Positions 56,192 to 64,000 of a DNA stretch of 64,000 nucleotides are shown one piece after another. The notes below the pieces were generated by a model. That model worked only from the letters and a program-made list of their open reading frames with translations. It did not search any database and had not been told where the DNA came from. A program made the position numbers and the translations under genes. Numbering within the stretch: position 1 is the stretch's first letter; every line of letters begins with the position of its first letter. Origin of the DNA: Flectonema sp. DT1601 (Eukaryota); the NCBI GenBank assembly GCA_964019425.1, contig OZ025780.1, positions 1,116,001 through 1,180,000 of the forward strand. Reading direction: 5' to 3'.

Positions 56192-57304
56192 TCAGCCACC
56201 AATTTTTATCATTGGTCTGTTGAACTGAAGTGAGTTTTCAACGAGAGTCTTCACTGAATCAGATCCTCCATGTCGTTCTTGTTTAGTCAGAACAATGTCG
56301 GAGATTCGTTCAACAACCTCTTGGTCGGTGGAACCGTTTCGGAGAAGCTGTTTTATACATTTTTTTTTTGTATAAAATAATTTTTTTTTTTTAGATTTTT
56401 CACAAAAAAAAGTAAATCATACCTGAGTAAGCGAACGGTCATTGCTGTCAAAAAGACAGACCTTGAGTTGACCATCAGCGAGGAGGCGAAGGCGGTTGCA
56501 GGTACCACAGAACTGTGTTGTCATGGTAGTTATAAACCCAACAGAACCAGCCCAACCTGGTGCAGAAAACTTCTTTGAAACATCTCCGACCTTCCCAGGA
56601 AGGGGTGAGAGCTGACACGATAGACCTTTTTCAATGGAATCGAAGGTCTCCATCCACGGGACTAGTAAATCCTCACTCCACTCATTACCACCAAATGGCA
56701 TGTATTCAATGAAACGAACTTCAATTGGAAACTTAGCTGCCATTTCTGCAAAATTTGCAACTTCTTCATCGTTGACACCTCTCATCACAACACAGTTTAT
56801 CTTAGTGTGCATTCCACAGTCAATAGAGTCGTGAATAGCCTGAAGAACTCTTTTATGACCAGGTCTGCGAGTTATAATTTCAAACTTGTAATCAATTAAA
56901 GTATCAAGAGAGATATTTATATTAGTTATGTGACTGTCTTTTAGTATTGGAAGCTTTCTTGACAAGTTAATTCCGTTTGTTGTAATGCAAAGTTTCTCAA
57001 GTCCGATTTCTCGAAGCTTTCCAAGCTGGATGGCAATGAACTCGAAGTCGGGTCTAATTAAAGGTTCCCCTCCAGTGAGCCTTATCTTTTTAACTCCCAT
57101 GTTGGTAAATATTTTTGCTAATCGCAGCATTTCATCTGTATTCATAAGTTCTTCTTTTGGAGTCAGGTCGATCCCATTTTTAGGCATGCAATACTGACAT
57201 CTCAGATTACACCTCTCCGTTACACTTATTCGTAAATAATCATGAAAACGGTTAAACGAGTCAGTCAGCCATCTTCTTTGAATAACTCCATGGCGCAGTG
57301 CCAT
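56192..57304 (-). CDS. moaA: GTP 3',8-cyclase (molybdenum cofactor biosynthesis); complement(join(56192..56347,56423..57304))
   Basis: YLRISVTERCNLRCQYC radical-SAM motif, RLTGGEP and CGTCNRLR...KVCLF. A 75-nt intron restores the C-terminal RPMIKIGG motif. Confidence 0.95.
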
Positions 57305-58690
57305 GCGTATGGGGAGGGGCTGATTTGTAAAAGTAATAAGTTTTACATAAACTAATTATACAAAAAAAAAAAAAAAAAAAAAACTTGGGGAAGAAAAAAC
57401 TGGTCGAATATGCAAAGGGGGGTAACCACGCAAACAGAAACCTGATAAGACACTGGGGCTATAAATTTATGCAACATTCTTTCCATGCTGGGGTGTAAAT
57501 TGTATCAAAAACAAGAAAGAAAAAAAAAAAGAAGAAGCAAAAAAAGGAAAAAGAGCAATCAATTTTCTTCACAACGACGAATATTAAATTTAAGATAAAT
57601 TATGCGACAACAACAACAGCCGCTCAATAAGTTGAATATTTCAATCAGATGAAGACAATCAGAAAACTTGGAGTGTGGATAGCAGATTGCACGAAAAGGA
57701 ACTTTCGAGACAAAAGAAATAAAAACACGCACAACGGTATAAAAAAACCGTTCTCCATAGAAGAAGGCCTACAGCAAGGATTTAATAGCCACCTCTTATC
57801 AAAGTGCATTTTCAACCGCCGAAGGAGAGAGCTAAAAATATACCAGAAAAAAAAAAAAATAGAGAAAATCAGTTTTCCACATGAAGTGTAATAAAGAACA
57901 AGTTTTAATTTTGCCAAACGGATAAAAATGAATTGAACGGATTGACAACGCAGTAAAACTTAATATGACGTACAAAACAAGTTTGTCGGAAGTGTATCGG
58001 AGATTGGAGAATAGATCCTCCCTTCTTTTTCTTTTTCTTTTTTTTTTGTTGAAGATGTTAGGTCAAAATCTAGCCCACAGGACGGGCTGACAGTAATTCG
58101 GCAAACAACCGCAAAGAATCACAAGCGTGATGAGCATCAAAAAAAAAACATCAATCAAAACCTTAAAATACTCGAGACAAGTAAAAAAGGTTAAAACTGA
58201 ATAGTAGGAGAGAGAAGTAACTTAATACTGTAATTAAACATAAAGCAACTTGAAACTGGCTAAAAACTAAAATGGGGTTTTGTCAACCACTTGCTATGTT
58301 AGAAAACCAACAGTTGGTATCGATAAAAATAATAGTTTTGACAAAAGTTCGATCATTGTCGTATTTATAATAATGATTTTGGTGGTATTTCAATGTTTCC
58401 TACTTAGTTAGCAAATATAAATATTCTTCGGAAACATCAAATAAAAGAATGAAAAAAAAGAATCGGCAAACTTCACTTTTTAACTTTTTTACTTACACTT
58501 TTGTTTTGTTCGTGCGTAACCGTACAAAATCCTAATAAAGGAATAGGTTAGTTACGCTGCCATAATTCTCTTTCTACTGAACAACTGAACAATGGGTTTG
58601 TGGGTACAAAAAAAATCTTTTTTCGTAAGACGTTTTTTTAAGCAATCACCTCTCACACGTCCGAAGACGATTTGATTATGTGCAACAATT

Positions 58691-60997
58691 TTAAGATAAT
58701 ATATTATCGAAGGTTGCGGTACTTGAATGACTCTGATGCCTTGTAATCGGATATTCTCTACGATTTGACATCCGTCTTGTCCCAGGTTGACGTCTTGAGC
58801 CTGCTGATAATTCACTCAAAGCGTCTAATGAACAAACTGGGTCGATATCTGCCAGCCTGTTAGGTGGAATGGATTTCCTTTTTTCACCAAAAGAAAATTC
58901 ACTTTTCTCTCTCCGACTATCACTTTCTGTAAAGTGTTCTGAATTAAATCCCGAGTTCTCATCATTTACTTTGCTGTACACTGGAAGTCCTTTTCTCCCC
59001 TCAAGTCGGGAAATCTCAGTTCCCTCTTTCCTCTGAGGAGAGGCATCCTTGCAATAAGAACGCAACTCGTCCAGGATAGTTGCATCAGATAATCGAAGCT
59101 GCATACCAACAGATGTTTCTTCACCTGGTTCACTTCGAAAAGTGAGTCTCTTTCCTTCATGTCGATATGGTCTGGTTTCACTTTCTTCTTTCATTTGTAA
59201 TCGTAAGTCACTTTGAGAAGCTTCTGATCCTATTAAAGAACTAAAATTACTGATATCACTTGCCTGTCTTCTTCTTCTTCCGTAAGATCTTTCGTCATCT
59301 TCCTTCAGAGAGAATTGACGGTGTTGAGAATTCCTTTTTAAAGGTCTTTCCATAGCCAGCTCACTCTCTGATGCTTTACTAGACAGTTCACTGACCACAC
59401 TGTGTTCTACTACGAATGTGAAGCTGTCAAATTCGCTGAATGTCCTCACAAATGATTGTCTGTCTCCTGGAGTTGACATTTTGTGGCAATATTCATAATG
59501 AGAACTTTCATCATAATCAGGTTTTTGTGAACTATCATAATTAGAAGTCTTTACTGAGTAACCAGCCCACTTTAGAAGCTTATGAACGTCAGTACATTGG
59601 GTTGGTTTTCTCATTACATTATCCATTCCGAATTGAAGGCAGAGATCACTTAATTCTACTGTTGAAGTAGTGAGTCCAACAATTGGAGTTCCGCAATTCA
59701 TTGATCGAAGTCTTGCACATGCTTGGAACCCAGATATCTTATGACTGTATATTGGTATTGTTATAAGATTAAACTTCTCTTGTTGACTCACGTCAGAGAG
59801 AGCTAATTCCATATCTCTGTAACACATAATCTCAAGAGGCATATTACCGCTCTCAGCTATAGTACCTATTTGACTTATGAGTGTCTTTCTTGAGCCGAAG
59901 TGAGGTTCGCACAGGAGGATTCGAAACCTTTCACCGTCCTGACCGTTTGAGTTTCTAGAATAGTCTGAAGGGTAAAACATAATTGAGCGACACTTTTTAT
60001 TTAGTTGTTTGTTATCTTCTCTACTCATAGTGAAGAACTCTGTATCAGTTGAAGACAGGGATTCTGTATCAGAACACCTTGGCTCAATTACTCTAGACGG
60101 GAAATCACCTCCAACAATCCACGCTGAGCCTGCAAACTCTTCCAACGTTAATCTACACAATACATCATAACAAAGTAGTTGTTTTAGTACTGTCGTACAG
60201 CTAGGAGAGAGAGAATCTTGAAGCTTTAGTTGGAAAGGTTCTTGCATTTCACAATAAAATTGCATCTCTGTGGGTTTACCAAGTCCCCAAGGATATCGTC
60301 CTGTGAGGGCTAAATGAAGAGAGATTCCAATAGCCCAGGTATCCGCATCTTTTGCAGAGAATTTTCTTCCCGATGAAGACTCCGGTGGTAGGAATAATTG
60401 AGTGGCTTCAGTGGTACTGCGAGTTGTGTCATTTTCAGTTTTTAAAACGAGAGCAGAACTGAAGTCGCATACTTTCAGTTTAGTATGTGTTTCATCAGAC
60501 CAGATAATGTTTTCAGGTTTTATATCTCTGTGGACTATGTCTTCTGAGTGCATATAAAGAATTGCAGAACAGATTTGAGAGAATGCTTCCCTTGCTGCTG
60601 CTTCTGTCATTATATTATCAAGTAAATATCCTTCAGGTGAGACTCGACACATAACTCCACCAGATAAGTACTCCATTACAATATAAAACATTCCAAACCC
60701 TTCGCTGTCAAGGACATCATAACATGTGGGAATATGAGGATGAGATTGTAACTTCCGAAGTACTTTAACTTCTTTCTTGTTGCCGGGTTTTCGTTCAACT
60801 TCTTTCAAGGCGTATTTAATTCCGTCTTTTATGGCGCAGTAGACCATTCCTCTTCTTCCTCCTCCTATTTCAGCGAGTATGACGTATTCATTGACTCTAA
60901 TAAGATCGCCTCGTACACTTATAACAACTATTAGTTTATCATCATCGCATACAACACATTCTCGTGGTTGTTTATCGACGGATGAGGCACATCCCAT
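58691..60997 (-). CDS. Acylation-motif Ser/Thr kinase (CAMKK-like) fused to a pseudo-receiver (REC-like) domain
   Basis: MGCASS start, then YALK, HRDIKPEN, DFS and DTWAIG. REC-like FRILLCE...SGFQACARLR...PIVGLT...GMDNVMRKP follows. Confidence 0.85.
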   Translation of the reverse strand: MGCASSVDKQPRECVVCDDDKLIVVISVRGDLIRVNEYVILAEIGGGRRGMVYCAIKDGIKYALKEVERKPGNKKEVKVLRKLQSHPHIPTCYDVLDSEGFGMFYIVMEYLSGGVMCRVSPEGYLLDNIMTEAAAREAFSQICSAILYMHSEDIVHRDIKPENIIWSDETHTKLKVCDFSSALVLKTENDTTRSTTEATQLFLPPESSSGRKFSAKDADTWAIGISLHLALTGRYPWGLGKPTEMQFYCEMQEPFQLKLQDSLSPSCTTVLKQLLCYDVLCRLTLEEFAGSAWIVGGDFPSRVIEPRCSDTESLSSTDTEFFTMSREDNKQLNKKCRSIMFYPSDYSRNSNGQDGERFRILLCEPHFGSRKTLISQIGTIAESGNMPLEIMCYRDMELALSDVSQQEKFNLITIPIYSHKISGFQACARLRSMNCGTPIVGLTTSTVELSDLCLQFGMDNVMRKPTQCTDVHKLLKWAGYSVKTSNYDSSQKPDYDESSHYEYCHKMSTPGDRQSFVRTFSEFDSFTFVVEHSVVSELSSKASESELAMERPLKRNSQHRQFSLKEDDERSYGRRRRQASDISNFSSLIGSEASQSDLRLQMKEESETRPYRHEGKRLTFRSEPGEETSVGMQLRLSDATILDELRSYCKDASPQRKEGTEISRLEGRKGLPVYSKVNDENSGFNSEHFTESDSRREKSEFSFGEKRKSIPPNRLADIDPVCSLDALSELSAGSRRQPGTRRMSNRREYPITRHQSHSSTATFDNILS

Positions 60998-61255
60998 TTC
61001 GCATCCCTTTCTGTTTAGAGATATTAATAAGTTAGTCAGATTGTATACAAATATTTTTGACAAAAAAAATTACCTGTCAGCTGTAGCTCTCTTTGTTGTT
61101 GTTAATACTGGCATAATGAGAAAGGGTTATGGCATCTTTTGTTTAAGAAAAGAAAGAACTCAACAAAAAAAAAGAACATACGAGATACAATACATTATCA
61201 ATATAATTAAGAAGAACAAAAGGAACTAAAACAAGTACAATAGGCAAGTGTGGAA

Positions 61256-63817
61256 TTAAAATGGTTTTCGTCTTCTACTTCTTGGCGGTGATGAATTGCC
61301 AGGAGGAGGTACCCAAGGGGAATTGTGACGATAATACCCAACCGAAGTTGTCGTTTGTCTCATTGATGGCGATCTACTAGTCATTCTACTCATAGCAGCA
61401 GAACTCATCGCAACTGACTGTTGTCTTCGAGGAGGAGAACCACTAACAGAAGCAACAGGTGATGGCAATGATTTGAAAAACCTTGACGGAGAAGTAGAAA
61501 CAGTCTCAGAAGCACTAACCAATCGATCAACAGACTTAATGTGATCGACTGGGATCGTTATTCCTCTTTTTGGATGAACTCCAGGGAAGGTTAGAATTGC
61601 TTCAAACTTTAATTCTAACGATCTAATAACAGGTCTAGTCTGTCCATTAACAACATAACGAACACCTCTATTGTTCATCGAGAGACTTATTGAGTTTCCT
61701 GTTGTAGGATCTTGAAACTGAATGCCACCTTCTGGTGTGGCTTCCTCGACAACTTCGTTAGTTCGTGCTCGCCATCGTTGTAATTTCCCAAAGTACTTCT
61801 GCAACATCATCTCAGAAGTCTTATCGCCTACAGCAATAGCAGCCCTCTCTCTCGCGGTTATATATTTCTGTTTTTGCTTCGTCAAAATGCGAATAGCGCT
61901 GTAGTTGTATATTACTTTATAAAACACTCGTAGAGTAGAATGATTAGTTTTAATCTGAAGGATTGAGGCCTTCTTGGAAAGGGACGCAAGTCGAGTCTTC
62001 CACAACTTCCATCTGAAAAAGTATTTTAAAAATAATTTTGAATCAGCGAGTGCTGACCTACCAATAGTAGTTTCGTAAGCAGTTATGATTTCTGTCGAAG
62101 GTGATGTTTGAGCATGTTGGTACTGAGGGGTAATTGAACTTACAGATGTTGCGGCATTTCTGTGAAACATTTCAGATAAAGAACTAACTGATGTATCCAT
62201 ATCAATACCAGTCACGTGTTTTACTTCCAATGGAAGAATTAACTCGCTCGATGAGGTTTGCATTTCTCGTTTTTCTACTTCATTACTATCAGACGTGTCT
62301 GTTGCTAACTTTAATTCACTTGATGAGGTTTGCATATCTTTATTCTGAGGATGTAATGAACTGATTGAAGTAGAAACATCATTAGTACTCATCTTTCTCA
62401 GTTCAGGTAAGAGATCTGATAAAGAGGTCTGCATGTCCTCCTGCTGTGGGAGTAACGAGCTAACTGAAGTACTCGCATTTCTATTTATAAGTTGTGAGAA
62501 GGAAGTTACCGAAGTTTGCATGTCAACACTAATTGGTTGCGGTTGCGTTTGTTGTTGAGTTTCGAGTAGCGCTCTCCCTCCATCGACTTCTGAAATCTCA
62601 AACTGCAACTCTCTTTGAATTTTTTGAAAATCTCCTTCAATTTGAATGACTTCCGGAGTTCTAACTAAAGAGCTAATCGATGCTCTACCTTGAGTAGTAT
62701 TAGCTGACGCACTCTCCTGAACTGAGTGACTGATGAGGTCAACTCCAACATCCGTCTGTTTGTAGTAATTTAATTTATCAATTATTGATTGCTGTCCTGC
62801 AGTCTGTTGATGATCTACTCCAATTGGAGTGTCAACAACAGCAGCCATCGCAAATGATCCAGGACCAGGAACATTCTTATCAGTCATTAGTGTTTCAACA
62901 GAATCATTCATGTTGTGAAGAACTGAAGGACCGACAGTCTGTTTATTATTTCCAACAAAACATCGAAGTCTGCAATAATACTGTCGTAGAACATCCTTAC
63001 ATAAATGTCTTTGTATTATGTGAGAGACTCTTTTAATACGAACTCGTTGACTATTTGTCATTTGACTTATCGTCTTCTCTAATTCACGCAGTCTGTTAGA
63101 ACTTAATTGACGTAATGATGCTTCCTTACCAGTCACTCGTTTAGACAAACAAAAACATCTCAAAAGAGTATAAGACTCCCTCAGGGTCGACATCTGACCA
63201 CTTTTATAAAGAGCACTTGAACACCTCGATGAGATCATTCTCGAAGGCCTTGACACTAGAGAATGAGAATTTAACTTCCCCTGAAGGTCAATCAGTTGTC
63301 GATATGTCTTCTTATCCTTGTTCTTACGATGTAGTAATTGCCAGTTAGAGAATGATGTGCGTACAATGTGTTTATTTTGTGAAGTATATTCCCGTAAACA
63401 TTTAAACCGATATCGCAATAAGAACATTTCAGCCTGTCGTTGTAGTAGTTTTAGTGATTGGTGTCGATGGTGAGCATTCGATAAAGACTGCAGACGGAAC
63501 TTTTTACTCTCAAGTCCAGTCAGTTTCATATGTGATAGAAGTTCTAGTCGTAGTAACCGAACTCTGTCTTCTGATTGGTTTAGTTTGGTTTCACTTAATT
63601 TCAACTCCGCTCTTACTTTTCGAGTTTCAGTATTAGCTTCTCTGACTGCTGCGACACAATCCCTACCAAGTTTCTCAGCCCACTGCCATCCACCTTTTTC
63701 CATGACATCTGTCACTGTGTCACTTCTCTTTTCAAGCTTCGACATTGTTGCTTTGTACCCCGGCCATGGCTCTTTGTCATCTTTTTTATAGAAGTGTTCG
63801 GGATGGGTAAATACCAT
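61256..63817 (-). CDS. Hypothetical large coiled-coil protein with internal (D/E)MQTS repeats
   Basis: 853-aa ORF on the cluster strand with repeated MQTSxS and NASTSVSS units. No catalytic family recognised. Confidence 0.7.
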   Translation of the reverse strand: MVFTHPEHFYKKDDKEPWPGYKATMSKLEKRSDTVTDVMEKGGWQWAEKLGRDCVAAVREANTETRKVRAELKLSETKLNQSEDRVRLLRLELLSHMKLTGLESKKFRLQSLSNAHHRHQSLKLLQRQAEMFLLRYRFKCLREYTSQNKHIVRTSFSNWQLLHRKNKDKKTYRQLIDLQGKLNSHSLVSRPSRMISSRCSSALYKSGQMSTLRESYTLLRCFCLSKRVTGKEASLRQLSSNRLRELEKTISQMTNSQRVRIKRVSHIIQRHLCKDVLRQYYCRLRCFVGNNKQTVGPSVLHNMNDSVETLMTDKNVPGPGSFAMAAVVDTPIGVDHQQTAGQQSIIDKLNYYKQTDVGVDLISHSVQESASANTTQGRASISSLVRTPEVIQIEGDFQKIQRELQFEISEVDGGRALLETQQQTQPQPISVDMQTSVTSFSQLINRNASTSVSSLLPQQEDMQTSLSDLLPELRKMSTNDVSTSISSLHPQNKDMQTSSSELKLATDTSDSNEVEKREMQTSSSELILPLEVKHVTGIDMDTSVSSLSEMFHRNAATSVSSITPQYQHAQTSPSTEIITAYETTIGRSALADSKLFLKYFFRWKLWKTRLASLSKKASILQIKTNHSTLRVFYKVIYNYSAIRILTKQKQKYITARERAAIAVGDKTSEMMLQKYFGKLQRWRARTNEVVEEATPEGGIQFQDPTTGNSISLSMNNRGVRYVVNGQTRPVIRSLELKFEAILTFPGVHPKRGITIPVDHIKSVDRLVSASETVSTSPSRFFKSLPSPVASVSGSPPRRQQSVAMSSAAMSRMTSRSPSMRQTTTSVGYYRHNSPWVPPPGNSSPPRSRRRKPF

Positions 63818-64000
63818 TCTCCAATACTTTCATCACTGTTATGAAGTAAATATAATATCAAATTTCAATAGTGGTAGTACTCGCAATCATCATGTTGCTA
63901 ATGAAGAAGTGATGTGTTGATTTATTTCAAATAGTACACAGTTTTTTTACAAATCAAAAATAATTGATAACAATAAATCCCTCAGATAACAAACACAATT

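Noticed and set aside
1..64000. tRNA, rRNA or spliced-leader RNA genes
   Set aside because: None recognised by eye. The AACTAAC strings near 33.2 kb are PLE (CTAA)n tails, not an SL exon. tRNAscan-SE or Infernal would be needed to exclude such genes.

Overview
Eukaryotic protist DNA, most likely a euglenozoan (diplonemid-like). This is inferred from short GT-AG cis-introns with A/C-rich 3' ends, pyrimidine-rich YAG acceptors just upstream of many ATGs (SL trans-splicing-like), a ~47 kb block in which every gene is on the minus strand, and kinetoplastid-type adenylate cyclase and Ubl-LRR families. The main discovery is at 5.5-16 kb, at the convergent strand switch: a head-to-tail stack of Penelope-like retroelements (PLEs) from two diverged families. 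They have an N-terminal GIY-YIG endonuclease, a PLE reverse transcriptase and an unexpected C-terminal Josephin/ataxin-3-like cysteine protease (deubiquitinase-like) domain. Their 3' UTRs carry two RNA structures conserved between the families. One is a hammerhead ribozyme whose three strands occur in a non-circularly permuted (pseudoknotted) order, with an extra supporting helix. The other is a covarying junction/pseudoknot that begins at the stop codon. More nested PLE 3' ends lie at 33.1-33.5 kb. Host genes include an ankyrin protein, a Fam20/four-jointed-like Golgi kinase, Ubl-LRR, a temptin-domain membrane protein, a half-zinc RING protein, a methyltransferase, two class III cyclase-family proteins, SET, ArfGAP, FtsJ/MRM2, a P-loop kinase, a HORMA protein, two tandem glycoside-hydrolase-like paralogs, MoaA and a kinase fused to a pseudo-receiver domain. 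All calls come from reading motifs by eye; no database searches or folding computations were run.
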